Assembly (NCBI GenBank): GCA_964646255.1
Contig: CAZYDI010000001.1
Location: forward strand, 101,663 to 165,662
Direction of reading: 5' to 3'
DNA: 64,000 bases
Origin: an uncultured Bacteroidales bacterium
GTDB lineage: Bacteria; Bacteroidota; Bacteroidia; Bacteroidales; UBA10428
The notes below the pieces were generated by a model. That model was not told where the DNA came from, ran no database searches, and saw only the letters and a program-made list of their open reading frames with translations. A program made the position numbers and the translations under genes. Position 1 is the first letter of the stretch, and each line of letters opens with the position of its first letter. Below are positions 44,401 through 54,057 of the stretch, in pieces.

Positions 44401-47057
44401 ACTGGCCCGGATGGGCTGGCAGTCCCCTGAAAAATAACACGGCTGCAAGCATGCTTTACTTTAACGCGGATAAGGAAAAATATGCTGTAGGTGATATTGC
44501 CGAAATTGTTATCCCTGCAAGCGGATCGGGAAGTGCCTTGTTGTGTATCGAAAATGGCTCCCGGATTTTGACAAGCGAATGGATACCGGTATCGGGTAAG
44601 GAGATAAGGCATAAGTTTGAGGTTACGCCGGAAATGTCACCCAATGTTTATGTCCACGTCAGCCTTATCCAACCCCATGCAAGCAGTGAAAACGACATGC
44701 CGATGCGACTTTACGGGGTAATACCAATACTTGTGGAAGACCCGCAGACACAATTGTTTCCATTGATTAAGATGCCGGAATCGCTTGAACCGTTGCAAAG
44801 CTATTCCATCCAGGTATCTGAAAAGAATAAGCGTGAAATGACGTATACCCTGGCTGTGGTGGAAGAGGGCCTGCTGGATCTTACCCGTTATCCCACCCCT
44901 GATCCATGGAACGAATTTTATGCCCGTGAAGCACTCGGTGTGCGCTCATGGGATTTATATGACATGGTTATCGGTGCCTTTGGCGGAAAGCTGGCCAGCG
45001 TGTTGGGTATTGGAGGTGATGATGATATAATTAAAGATGAATCAGCTGAAAAGGCCAATCGGTTTAAACCTGTAGTTAAATACCTGGGACCTTTTGTCCT
45101 GAAAGCCGGAAAAACCAATAGCCATAAATTACTGATGCCAAATTATATTGGTTCTGTTAGGGTTATGGTTGTAGCAGGCCAGTCGGGGGCTTATGGCAAT
45201 GCGGAAAAAGCTGTTCCCGTAAAAAAACCCTTGATGGTACTGGCTACACTGCCACGAGTATTAGGTCCTGATGAATCTGTTAAGCTGCCCGTCACTGTTT
45301 TTGCAATGGATGAGAAAATAAGGCAGGTGAGCATTGCTGTTAAAACCAATGGCCTGCTTGTTACCCAGGGCGAGCAGACACAGCAGCTGAGCTTTGATAA
45401 ACCGGGTGAAAAGACCCTTGATTTCGATTTAAAGGTATCAGCCAAAACCGGCGTTGCCAAGGTGCAGGTTATCGCAACGGCCAATAAGATAACCGCTGCA
45501 TACGACATCGAGTTAAATGTGCGTAATGCCAATCCGCCTGTTACCACTTTCGTTGGAAGTACCATTGACAAAGGAAAAACCCAGGCTATTGATTTTGAAT
45601 TGCCCGGTTTGCCCGGAACCAATAACGTGAGTCTGGAAGTTTCCAGAATACCGCCCATTGATCTGGGGCGAAGGCTTAAGTTTTTGATTGCTTACCCGCA
45701 TGGTTGTATTGAACAAACCACATCGGCCGTGTTCCCTCAATTATACCTGTCGGACATTCTCGACCTGGATGAGAAATTCAAAGCAACGATCGACATAAAT
45801 ATCAAGACAGGGCTTGCAAGGTTAAGGACTTTCCAGCTCTCTGAAGGTTCTTTCTCGTATTGGCCGGGACAAAACTATTATAATTCATGGGGTAGCAGTT
45901 ATGCCGGACATTTTATGCTAGAGGCTGAAAAGAAAGGGTACGCCTTGCCCGCCGGGATGAAAAAGGAATGGCTGAAGTCGCAGAAAAAATTCGCCAGGCA
46001 ATGGAATCAGGCACAGCATAATAACCATTATGATCTTGAACAGGCTTACCGGCTGTATACGCTGGCACTTGCAGGTGAACCCGAAATGAGCGCAATGAAC
46101 CGGTTAAGGGAAACCAGGAACATTTCTGTACAGGCCAAATGGAGACTCGCGGCGGCGTATGCACTGAGCGGCCAAAAAGCGGTAGCAAAGGAATTGATTA
46201 CCCGAGAAACAACAGAAATTCAGCCGTATAAGGGATTTTCTTCAACATTTGGTTCAACAGAAAGAGATTGGGCGATGTTGCTCGAGACATTGGTCATCAC
46301 GGAAGAAAACCTGCGTGCTGCCGAATTGGCCAAAAAAGTTTCTGAGGCTTTGTCGTCAAAAGATTGGATGAGCACCCAGTCAACCGCCTATTGCCTTATG
46401 GCGATTTCGAGGTTTGCTAAAATAGGCGCTGCTTCCGATAAAATTAACCTCACCTATACAATGGAAGGAAAATCGACGAATGTTTCCTCGGACAAGCCTG
46501 TAATGCAAATAGAATTACCGGTGAAGGGCAATGCACAATCAGGAAGCATTTCACTGGCCAACAAGGGAACTGGTGTTGTTTTTGCAAGGTTAATCATGCA
46601 GGGCATTCCTGAAGCAGGACATGAAGCGGAATTCAGCAATAACCTGAGCATGGAGGTTGAATACCGGAGCACAACAGGCGATATAATCGATGTTTCGGCC
46701 CTTCATCAGGGACAGGAATTTCTGGCCATCGTCCGTCTCTATAACCCGGGCAATATGTATTACAGTAACATGGCACTGACGCAGGTATTTCCTCCGGGAT
46801 GGGAGATAACCAACAACAGGCTTTGGGATGCGGATAATTCGTTTAAAAAGGATGTTCCAACCTACCAGGATATCCGTGATGACAGGGTCATGTCCTACTT
46901 TGACCTGCCTGTTAACCAAAGCAAGACTTTTGTTGTGCAGCTTACAGCAACATACACCGGCAGATACTATCTTACAGGTCCTTACTGTGAAGCAATGTAT
47001 GACAACAGTATTTCAGCAATGAAAACCGGTCAGTGGGTTGAAGTTATTAAACGGTAG
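41490..47057 (+). CDS. alpha-2-macroglobulin family lipoprotein with thioester motif (YfhM/ECAM type)
   Basis: Lipobox FILLSGC. Multiple MG-domain repeats. Thioester motif YPHGCIEQTTS (CIEQ at 45705-45716). About 1855 aa. The ORF opens at TTG 41478; ATG 41490 (MKKSVSS) is preferred. Confidence 0.9.
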   Translation: MKKSVSSLLSTGVLLMALSFILLSGCKKQKAVETFNPAFTSKIIAFTSGVISSESTIRIILADDNPHAGDGLNTAASDDLFKFKPGIKGQAIWIDKRTLEFKPEGRLQSGEAYHCRFNLGKILDVEKDLSVFEFDFSVVEQDWAVLVNGYQTQQENDLTWNTIKGTVTTADNIDLESLSHYFTARQQGRKLKLKWEQGSDARIFSFTIDSVERKKEEEKVEISWDGSPEFPKVKGTLETIIPSLEDYKVLSINVIQQPEQYIEIIFSDPIKKNQDFDGLIYLENGTSLTYTVSGNIIKVFPVERQNGDAKITIAEGLVNILGYKLKASHVADITFTVPKPAVRLTGKGTILPSTRGMVFPFEAVNLDAVDVKIIKIFENNIGHFLQVNRLDGNYELKRAGKLVHKEKIKLDFTPANLGNWNRFYIDLAKLIQPDPGAIYRIEISFKKAYSRYPCEGETASEKDDEDSGTEESEDYFEPSYWDSYEDYYDDYYYYGDDYDWEQRDNPCSSSYYTNNRSIARNILASDLGIIYKAGTNNEAFCAITSLVTSKPLENVEVSLLNYQQQVVGSGTTGADGFVRISYKEKPYLLIAKNGKERGYLKVDDGSSLSLGAFDVSGRTVSGGIKAYLYGERGVWRPGDTLFLTCILEDKKNILPEKHPVIFELHNPKGQLYARTTKTDGVNGFYSWAVSTSQEVITGNYNLKVKIGGTSFNKTLKIESIKPNRLKLNLQFNVEKLSFNKPGATGNLEVRWLHGAIAAGLKTTVSLNLTPAPTVFSKYPNYIFTDPSKSFRWEEKEIYDGNLDDAGTASIPGRFNVDNTAPGMLTAHLTTKVFEKGGDFSIDRISISYSPYSAYVGLSTPQGDRRGMLLTDTSHIVEVLVLDENGNHISRSGLRATIYKLDWRNWWESFNEELANYVGNTYNRPVFTTTCNAVNGKGRFSFRIDRPEWGRFFVRVEDPVSGHSAGKVIFVDWPGWAGSPLKNNTAASMLYFNADKEKYAVGDIAEIVIPASGSGSALLCIENGSRILTSEWIPVSGKEIRHKFEVTPEMSPNVYVHVSLIQPHASSENDMPMRLYGVIPILVEDPQTQLFPLIKMPESLEPLQSYSIQVSEKNKREMTYTLAVVEEGLLDLTRYPTPDPWNEFYAREALGVRSWDLYDMVIGAFGGKLASVLGIGGDDDIIKDESAEKANRFKPVVKYLGPFVLKAGKTNSHKLLMPNYIGSVRVMVVAGQSGAYGNAEKAVPVKKPLMVLATLPRVLGPDESVKLPVTVFAMDEKIRQVSIAVKTNGLLVTQGEQTQQLSFDKPGEKTLDFDLKVSAKTGVAKVQVIATANKITAAYDIELNVRNANPPVTTFVGSTIDKGKTQAIDFELPGLPGTNNVSLEVSRIPPIDLGRRLKFLIAYPHGCIEQTTSAVFPQLYLSDILDLDEKFKATIDINIKTGLARLRTFQLSEGSFSYWPGQNYYNSWGSSYAGHFMLEAEKKGYALPAGMKKEWLKSQKKFARQWNQAQHNNHYDLEQAYRLYTLALAGEPEMSAMNRLRETRNISVQAKWRLAAAYALSGQKAVAKELITRETTEIQPYKGFSSTFGSTERDWAMLLETLVITEENLRAAELAKKVSEALSSKDWMSTQSTAYCLMAISRFAKIGAASDKINLTYTMEGKSTNVSSDKPVMQIELPVKGNAQSGSISLANKGTGVVFARLIMQGIPEAGHEAEFSNNLSMEVEYRSTTGDIIDVSALHQGQEFLAIVRLYNPGNMYYSNMALTQVFPPGWEITNNRLWDADNSFKKDVPTYQDIRDDRVMSYFDLPVNQSKTFVVQLTATYTGRYYLTGPYCEAMYDNSISAMKTGQWVEVIKR

Positions 47058-47061
47058 AAAA

Positions 47062-48144
47062 TTACTTCTTATGCCTGGCTACAAGGTCGACGAATTGGTC
47101 GAATAAAAATTCCGTGTCCTTGGGACCGCTGGAAGCCTCAGGATGAAACTGAGTGGAAAAGAAGGGCTTGCTTTTATGTCTCATCCCTTCATTGGTTTGA
47201 TCATTGAGATTCACAAACAGCGGTTCCCATTCCTCGGGAAGCGTTGAATTATCAATGGCAAAGCCATGGTTTTGCGAGGTAATATAAGCCTTGTTGGTAT
47301 TCTTAAGCAAAACCGGCTGATTGTGACTGCGGTGACCGTATTTAAGCTTATAGGTATTGGCTCCGGCAGCAAGTGCCAGCAATTGATTCCCCAGGCATAT
47401 GCCATATACCGGTATTTCCTGTTTAAGGGCCTTCTGGAGCTGTTGTATGGTTGCCTGGCATTGTTTGGGATCACCGGGTCCGTTTGAAATGAACAATCCG
47501 TCGTATTGCTCCTGGTCAATATCGTAATTCCAGGGAACAACAATTACGGTGGTATCTCTCTGAAGCAGGTTCCGGATTATATTGTATTTTACGCCACAAT
47601 CAATAAGCAATATCCTGTAACGGCCATTTCCGAATACTTTCTTCCCGCTTGTGCTTACCTTCCCCACAAGATTGTCCTTGTTGGGATCATACCAGTCCAC
47701 GTCACCGCCATTATACACTATTTTGCCCAGCATTGTACCTTCTTCACGCAGAATCTTGGTTAACTCCCTTGTATCAATTCCGGCAATACCCGGGATCTCA
47801 TATTCCCTTAACCAGTCGCCCAAACTCTTGTTGGCATTCCAATGACTATATTCATCAGTATAATCCGAAATCACCAGGCCGGAAATATGCAAGGCAAACG
47901 ATTCAAAAAACTTATACATCGAATGTTCCGTTATTTTATCAGGCACACCGTAATTACCTACAATGGGATAGGTGAGGGTAAGTATTTGTCCTTTATAGGA
48001 GGGATCGGTGAGGCTTTCGGGATAACCTGTCATGGCAGTATTAAAAACCACTTCTCCTGAAACCGACTTCTCAAACCCGAACGAATATCCTGAAAAGATT
48101 TTGCCGTCCTCAAGTATTAGTTTAATGTTATGTTTCTGTTGCAT
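47062..48144 (-). CDS. carA: carbamoyl-phosphate synthase small (glutaminase) subunit
   Basis: Nucleophile elbow GICLGNQLLA, plus HRSHNQPV and FSTQFHPEAS. Confidence 0.93.
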   Translation of the reverse strand: MQQKHNIKLILEDGKIFSGYSFGFEKSVSGEVVFNTAMTGYPESLTDPSYKGQILTLTYPIVGNYGVPDKITEHSMYKFFESFALHISGLVISDYTDEYSHWNANKSLGDWLREYEIPGIAGIDTRELTKILREEGTMLGKIVYNGGDVDWYDPNKDNLVGKVSTSGKKVFGNGRYRILLIDCGVKYNIIRNLLQRDTTVIVVPWNYDIDQEQYDGLFISNGPGDPKQCQATIQQLQKALKQEIPVYGICLGNQLLALAAGANTYKLKYGHRSHNQPVLLKNTNKAYITSQNHGFAIDNSTLPEEWEPLFVNLNDQTNEGMRHKSKPFFSTQFHPEASSGPKDTEFLFDQFVDLVARHKK

Positions 48145-48156
48145 AAAATGCGTTGG

Positions 48157-49620
48157 TTAATCTTTCATGAGTATTTTGATAATTTCTTCAACCTGCTCCG
48201 GCCCGATACGCTTGGCCACTATTTTCCTGTTTTTATCCAGGATGAATATCTGCGGTGTAGTCACTACATCATATTTCTGCTTAAAATCATAGGAATAAGG
48301 ATTCCATGCATTAATCCAGTCGTACAAGCCATGTTCATTTACAAAGTTCACCCATTTTATTTTCCCGTCTTCTCCAAAAAGGGTGCTGATCGCCAGAACC
48401 TTAACCCCCATGTCCTTTAAGGAACGATGATAAACCCTGTAAAGTTCGGGTACCGCGGTTTTACAATGTCCGCAATCGGCTTCCCAGAATAGCAAAACCG
48501 TAAAAGGAGCGGTTTCATCACGGAGGTTGAACTTTGTGCCTACGTGCGGATAGCGGCGCAATGCCGTATCCGACGCTGCACTTTTAAAATGGTCAGCAGG
48601 AACATTCATCAGTTCTGCATCAGGTGCAACCACACCCAGGAGCAAGGGTTTTGCTTTTTCTACGTATTCTTTTAATTCTGATATATATTTTGCATCACTC
48701 CACCACGATTCGGGTATGTAATACTTATCGGCAATATGCACCTGCACGGCATCCATTCCCATAATATTGCTTTTGGCATAATGATTAAAGAGGGTTATAA
48801 GCATATACCTGAACACGCTTGAATCTTTCCTTGACTTTTCAATTAAATAATCAGTGTATTTAATCAGACTGTCAGGCATTTGTGGAACCACCTTGTTTAA
48901 GTATGTCATGATCTTTTCTTCATAAAAGGGTGTTCTCAGAAGGCGGGGATCGGAAAAATCAAAAAAGTCAAAATAGTGCTTTTTGTAATAGCGATATTGC
49001 CAGTTTGAATCGATGAGCGCACCTTTTTCATCGCGTGGTGCCTCGGGTACTTCAATGTCAAGGGTAGCTCCCAGAAAATCGGAGATGAACAAATCAGGGT
49101 GTGCTGCCTTGATTGCCTTAATCCGTGATACGCGGTCGTTGTTAAAACCTTTAAGCTTATTGGTGAGCGCCTCCTTTTCTTTCGGGTCAGCCGTGTTTTT
49201 GAGTGCCGAAGTCAGTTCCTCAGCGGATTTACGAAGGCCGGCAAAATACCGCTGAAAGTCCAGAAAAACCTGGTTTTCATCTGATCCCTTGAAAACCAGC
49301 GTTTCAAGAAAATTAGCAGAATCGGTTGTAACTGAAAACTCCTGGTCGTCGCCAATAACCACATCAAAAAAAGTTGCATCAGGCAGATACATCAGATACA
49401 TGCCTCCGGGCAGTTTTTTATCCCCTTTGAAAACGCCTGCGGAATTGTTGTCAAGGGTAATGGTATCGTCGGGATACATGGTCTTGCTCAAATAATGACC
49501 AAGGATCACTTGTTTGTTCGGTAAACCATTGATTTTTACCTTAATTTCATAACCCTGGGCATTTATTTTACCAAAACCCATGATAAAAAGCAATGCGAAA
49601 AAGGTGATTGTAAATTTCAT
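48157..49620 (-). CDS. secreted thioredoxin-fold (TlpA/AhpC-like) protein with N-terminal DUF5106-like domain
   Basis: Signal peptide MKFTITFFALLFIMGFGKINAQ. C-terminal redoxin domain with active site FWEADCGHCK. A CAAAAATA box (TATTTTTG on the minus strand) lies at 49663-49670. Confidence 0.8.
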   Translation of the reverse strand: MKFTITFFALLFIMGFGKINAQGYEIKVKINGLPNKQVILGHYLSKTMYPDDTITLDNNSAGVFKGDKKLPGGMYLMYLPDATFFDVVIGDDQEFSVTTDSANFLETLVFKGSDENQVFLDFQRYFAGLRKSAEELTSALKNTADPKEKEALTNKLKGFNNDRVSRIKAIKAAHPDLFISDFLGATLDIEVPEAPRDEKGALIDSNWQYRYYKKHYFDFFDFSDPRLLRTPFYEEKIMTYLNKVVPQMPDSLIKYTDYLIEKSRKDSSVFRYMLITLFNHYAKSNIMGMDAVQVHIADKYYIPESWWSDAKYISELKEYVEKAKPLLLGVVAPDAELMNVPADHFKSAASDTALRRYPHVGTKFNLRDETAPFTVLLFWEADCGHCKTAVPELYRVYHRSLKDMGVKVLAISTLFGEDGKIKWVNFVNEHGLYDWINAWNPYSYDFKQKYDVVTTPQIFILDKNRKIVAKRIGPEQVEEIIKILMKD

Positions 49621-49717
49621 GTCAATGTATTTTATTTGCTTTGCCCGGCCTTATCTGGCGGCAAAAATAATTATTAATTGCTGAATATAAAAACTGCAAG
49701 CGATGGGCCATATTTTC

Positions 49718-49725
49718 TATATTTG
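49718..49725 (+). promoter_or_regulatory. -7 box TATATTTG
   Basis: Exact TAnnTTTG match 21 nt upstream of ATG 49746. Confidence 0.45.
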
Positions 49726-49745
49726 AAAAAATTAACAAGTTTATC

Positions 49746-50720
49746 ATGCTAAATTTCCAGGATTGCCAGAATATAGTAAACCATAAAATCAACGAACTCA
49801 AATTACCCGATTTTCCCTCCAATCTCTATGACCCGGTAAGGTACATGCTGAACCTTGAAGCCAAAAGGGTCCGCCCATGCATAGTGCTCATGGCATGCAA
49901 CGTATTTTCCGATGCCATTGACAATGCAATTTATCCTGCACTGGCCATTGAAGTTTTTCATAATTTCACACTTATTCATGATGACCTCATGGACAAATCA
50001 GATCTCCGCAGGAATCATGCCACAGTTCACAAAAAGTGGAATCCTGATATAGCCGTGTTATCGGGTGACGCCATGCTCATTAAGGCATATGAATTGTTAT
50101 CGGATGCACCGCATTCCGTTCTTCCCGGCATATTGCCCGTGTTTAACCGCACTGCACTTGAAGTGTGTGAGGGCCAGCAATATGATATGGATTTCGAAAA
50201 AAGCCTTGACGTGTCCATAGATGATTATTTGACCATGATTGAATTTAAAACCGCCGTACTGCTGGCTGCTTCACTCAAGATTGGCGCTATCGCCGGAGGA
50301 GCGGGCGATGAGCAATCCGAAACATTGTACCGGTTTGGCCGGGATTTAGGGATTGCATTCCAGCTGCAGGATGACTGGCTGGACGTTTTTTCCGATGCCC
50401 GGGTTTTTGGCAAGGTCACCGGCAATGACATCGTAACCAACAAGAAAACCATATTGCTTATCGAAGCACTTAATAACGCCACAGGCAAGATACGAACGGA
50501 ATTATTGCACTGGCTGAACCTGGACAATTTTGACAGGGAGGAAAAGATTACGGTCATCCGGTCAATTTACCAGCAACTGGGAATCGATATGCGTGTTAAA
50601 GAACGGGTAAGGACTTACCATCAAAAGGCCATTCAACACCTCGATAATCTTGAAGTGCCGGAACAGCGAAAAGCAATTCTGCGTGACTTTTCAGCATACC
50701 TTATGCATCGACAGAAATAA
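49746..50720 (+). CDS. polyprenyl synthetase family protein (GGPP/FPP synthase-like)
   Basis: DDxxD motifs LIHDDLMDKSDLRR and QLQDDWLD. Confidence 0.85.
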   Translation: MLNFQDCQNIVNHKINELKLPDFPSNLYDPVRYMLNLEAKRVRPCIVLMACNVFSDAIDNAIYPALAIEVFHNFTLIHDDLMDKSDLRRNHATVHKKWNPDIAVLSGDAMLIKAYELLSDAPHSVLPGILPVFNRTALEVCEGQQYDMDFEKSLDVSIDDYLTMIEFKTAVLLAASLKIGAIAGGAGDEQSETLYRFGRDLGIAFQLQDDWLDVFSDARVFGKVTGNDIVTNKKTILLIEALNNATGKIRTELLHWLNLDNFDREEKITVIRSIYQQLGIDMRVKERVRTYHQKAIQHLDNLEVPEQRKAILRDFSAYLMHRQK

Positions 50721-50721
50721 A

Positions 50722-50755
50722 ACGGGCAGAACATGCCGTTATATATTCTGCCCGT
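50722..50755. terminator. intrinsic terminator between convergent genes
   Basis: ACGGGCAGAA (50722-50731) pairs perfectly with TTCTGCCCGT (50746-50755), with a 14-nt loop. On the minus strand it is followed by TTTATTT, so it is the better fit for the DUF2723 gene. It also starts 1 nt after the plus-strand stop. Confidence 0.7.
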
Positions 50756-50775
50756 GTATTAAGAAAACAAAACAT

Positions 50776-53700
50776 TTATCTGCGGATCATCCCGGCTGTT
50801 TTTGCCGAATAAGCGCTATAATGTTTTTCGGCGATGGGTTCCAGGAAATCTACTGCATCCTGCCGGTTAAAACCCCTGCTCAGGCTGATCATATTTTGCA
50901 GCACCTGAAGGTTATAAAGAATTTCATCGTTGATGGCTGCTATAAATTTGGGCTCCTGGTCAAGGTAATAGGTCAGCTTTTCATCCGATATGGTTCCCAT
51001 TTTCTCGATAAGCTTTGTTGCCACTTCGTTCTTTTGGCATTTATAGTAGGCGCCGGCAAGCTGGATAATATTGTAATCGTAAGGCACCTTCTCATGTGGC
51101 AGGAGTTCAGTGCAACGATCAAGCACTGTTATGGCCCGTGCAGTATCTCCTTTATTGATAAGCGCATTGGCGAGCTGGATAAACCTTGACCTGACCCTTA
51201 CAACCGATGTCGTACGAACATGAAAATCATCGAGGTAAACGTCCGGATCATTGATGCCACCCCAACGGAATTTATTCATCAGGTTTTCATATAGCAGTTC
51301 GCTCTCAACCCTTCCTGCTTCATACCTTCCAAGGCTTTCCGTACGAATCGGAACAAGCCGGTAGGCAAATCCTTCAAGTTGCATGTAGTCTTCCAGTCCA
51401 AGTGTTCCTTCATGTCCCAGAGAGGCAAAATAAACCGGCCTTTCCCAATTGTTGTTGGCCAGAATATCCATCACAATCATTGCACCTTTGCCCATATTGT
51501 TCCTGTTGTATGTCCACTCTATAGCGGGAACAATCAGGTCTTTATCTTTTGCCGACACGGTACCGTTTCTTAAAACCACGGAAGAATCAACAGGAAGCCT
51601 GAATTTCCGGGTTGGGATGTAATTGAAACTGCTCCCCGAAGATGTCTCCACTTTAGCTTGCGGTGACTCACTGGCTATAAAAGCCATAATCTCTTTGAGA
51701 TCAGCAGGCCTGTCAACCCTATCCTGCACAAAGAGAAAGTCCCTTGTTCCGTTTATGTACTGCATGGGCGTAAGCGATATGGGAAGAGGCTCTGATTCAT
51801 AGGCTTTTCTCTTCACCTGGTCGATATGCCAGTCCATATTAAGCAGCATCAGGTTTACCACCCTGACATCGGTTCTTATTCCTTCTACTTCCTGCGCATA
51901 CCATAGCGGGAATGTGTCATTGTCCCCGTTGGTGAAGAGAATGGCATTCGGAGCGCAGGTTACCAGGTAGTTGTGTGCAATGTCACGCGTTGTATACCTC
52001 CCCGAACGGTCATGGTCGTCCCAGTTTTCTGTGGCAAGGATACCCGGAACGAGCAGGAGGCATAACAGGGTTACACCAATGGCAGTGGCGGAATTTCGCA
52101 GCCGTTGTCCCATTGAATCGAAAATAGCCATCACGCCAAGGCCAATCCAAATGGAGAATGCATAAAACGATCCTGCATAAGCATAATCACGCTCACGGGG
52201 CTGTGAAGGGGTTTGATTCAGGTATATCACAATAGCAATGCCTGTTAAAACAAATAACAACATCACAACCCAGAAATTCTGTGAATCTCGTTGCATCTGA
52301 AATACCAGGCCCAGTAATCCCAGTATGAGCGGTAAAAAGTAATAGGTATTTCTTGAAGGGGCATTCTTGTCCGAAGCGGGAAGCTTATCCAGTTTACCGA
52401 TCAGCAATTCGTCAACCGGATTGATTCCGCTTATCCAATTTCCGTTCAAAGGATCACCATATCCCTGTATGTCATTTTGCCGGCCGGCGAAATTCCACAT
52501 GAAATACCTGAAATACATATGCCCGAGCTGGTAAGTAAAGAAGAACCGCAGGTTTTGTGTAAATCCGGGAGGACTTTTAGGAGAATTCCTGTCATAAACC
52601 ACATTGCCCTCATTGTTTCTTACCACATTGTTATTGGCATCGCGCCTGGGTTGATACAGGCGGTTTTCCTTCAAACCTGCCCATTCGATGTAGACTTCCA
52701 CATGCTCATTGTCGGAACTATACATCCTGGGGAAAATGGTAGAATACTTTGAAGGATACACATAGGAGGATTTGCGGTTGGTAATTTTATACTTCCCGCC
52801 AACAGGCGACCACGTGGGCTTGCCTTCTTTCAGGCGTTCAGGAACCGCATTGAAATATTGTCCCTTGATCAACGGCCTGTCTCCATATTGCTCGCGGTTC
52901 AGGTAGTATTGAAGCGAGAAAATATTGTCGGGATTGTTTTCATCCATGGGCGGATTGGCCATGGATCGGAAAATAATCATGGAGTAGGTTGAATAGCCGA
53001 TAATGATAACGGTTACCATCAGCAAAGCCGTATTCATTACAATCTTTTTTTGCTTCCAGGTTTTCCATAACCCAAATGCCAGACCTCCGAAAAGGAGAAT
53101 GAGGTAAAAAATCACACCGGAATTATAGGGCAAACCAAAACCATTAACGAAAATGAGCTCAAACCGGGATGCCAGCCATACAACGCCCGGTATAATTACA
53201 TACATCATCAGTCCGAGAATGATCAGCGAAACAAGCAACGCCTTGATTATTCCGTGTGCACTGACTTCATTCTTCCTGAAATAATATACCAGCACAATGG
53301 CCGGAATGGCTAACAGATTCAGGAGGTGAACCCCTATGGACAAACCCATTAAAAATGAGATGAGGATCAGCCAGCGGTTGGCATATTGACTGTCGGCTTC
53401 ATTTTCCCATTTAAGCACAGCCCAGAATACGACTGCGGTAAACAGCGATGAGGTAGCATAAACTTCACCCTCAACGGCAGAAAACCAGAAGGTATCTGTA
53501 AATGTGTAGGCCAATGCACCAACAAGGCCGCTGCCAAGAATAATGATTTTGTCCTTAAGGCTTATGGAATCTTCATCCGACGAAACACTGTTATTCATCC
53601 GGTATCTCAGTAACCGCCAGGCAAGGTGGGTAATTGTCCAGTACAGAAACATAACCGTCAGTGCACTGGCTATTGCCGACAATGCGTTAACCATAAAGGC

Positions 53701-53925
53701 TACCTTTGTAACATCCGATCCTGCAAACAGGGAAAAGAACCTTGCCAAAATCATAAACAGCGGTGCTCCGGGGGGATGTCCGACTTGTAATTTAAAGGCA
53801 CTTGCTATAAATTCTCCGCAATCCCATAAACTAACGGTAGGTTCGAGGGTCAGCAGGTATACTGCGGCGGAAATTAAGAAAGCGATCCAGCCAAGGATAT
53901 TGTTTGCCAGCTTGAATTTTACCAT
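50776..53925 (-). CDS. DUF2723 domain protein (GT-C fold, protein O-mannosyltransferase-like membrane glycosyltransferase)
   Basis: N-terminal YLLTLEPTVSLWDCGEFIASAFKLQVGHPPGAPLF signature. At least 11 predicted TM helices, then a soluble C-terminal region of about 430 aa. Confidence 0.8.
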   Translation of the reverse strand: MVKFKLANNILGWIAFLISAAVYLLTLEPTVSLWDCGEFIASAFKLQVGHPPGAPLFMILARFFSLFAGSDVTKVAFMVNALSAIASALTVMFLYWTITHLAWRLLRYRMNNSVSSDEDSISLKDKIIILGSGLVGALAYTFTDTFWFSAVEGEVYATSSLFTAVVFWAVLKWENEADSQYANRWLILISFLMGLSIGVHLLNLLAIPAIVLVYYFRKNEVSAHGIIKALLVSLIILGLMMYVIIPGVVWLASRFELIFVNGFGLPYNSGVIFYLILLFGGLAFGLWKTWKQKKIVMNTALLMVTVIIIGYSTYSMIIFRSMANPPMDENNPDNIFSLQYYLNREQYGDRPLIKGQYFNAVPERLKEGKPTWSPVGGKYKITNRKSSYVYPSKYSTIFPRMYSSDNEHVEVYIEWAGLKENRLYQPRRDANNNVVRNNEGNVVYDRNSPKSPPGFTQNLRFFFTYQLGHMYFRYFMWNFAGRQNDIQGYGDPLNGNWISGINPVDELLIGKLDKLPASDKNAPSRNTYYFLPLILGLLGLVFQMQRDSQNFWVVMLLFVLTGIAIVIYLNQTPSQPRERDYAYAGSFYAFSIWIGLGVMAIFDSMGQRLRNSATAIGVTLLCLLLVPGILATENWDDHDRSGRYTTRDIAHNYLVTCAPNAILFTNGDNDTFPLWYAQEVEGIRTDVRVVNLMLLNMDWHIDQVKRKAYESEPLPISLTPMQYINGTRDFLFVQDRVDRPADLKEIMAFIASESPQAKVETSSGSSFNYIPTRKFRLPVDSSVVLRNGTVSAKDKDLIVPAIEWTYNRNNMGKGAMIVMDILANNNWERPVYFASLGHEGTLGLEDYMQLEGFAYRLVPIRTESLGRYEAGRVESELLYENLMNKFRWGGINDPDVYLDDFHVRTTSVVRVRSRFIQLANALINKGDTARAITVLDRCTELLPHEKVPYDYNIIQLAGAYYKCQKNEVATKLIEKMGTISDEKLTYYLDQEPKFIAAINDEILYNLQVLQNMISLSRGFNRQDAVDFLEPIAEKHYSAYSAKTAGMIRR

Positions 53926-54057
53926 CCTGTTAATTTGTTAATGTTGCCGTTTTATTAATTTCGTAATCTCGAAAATTGTTAAAATGTCAAATATAAGGTG
54001 TATTCAAAATCTAATAACCCTATTTGGCAAAATACCTTAAAAAAAATAATTAATCCA

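Noticed and set aside
45191-45658. A 155-aa minus-strand ORF inside the A2M gene, together with similar antisense ORFs in dnaG, ruvB, pheS and carA.
   Set aside because: All lie antisense to genes with unambiguous motifs. They have biased, motif-free translations and no independent promoter or terminator signals.
40181-47057. A U32 'collagenase' directly upstream of a protease-trapping A2M, which looks like a protease/inhibitor pair.
   Set aside because: The U32 protein has no signal peptide, so it is cytoplasmic, whereas the A2M is a lipoprotein. Characterised members of this U32 subgroup are RNA or ubiquinone hydroxylation enzymes. The adjacency is more likely incidental.
50650-51189. A 179-aa plus-strand ORF running from the end of the polyprenyl synthase, through the terminator, into the antisense of the DUF2723 gene.
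   Set aside because: It crosses a perfect 10-bp terminator hairpin. It overlaps two well-supported genes and has Cys/Phe-rich non-protein-like composition.
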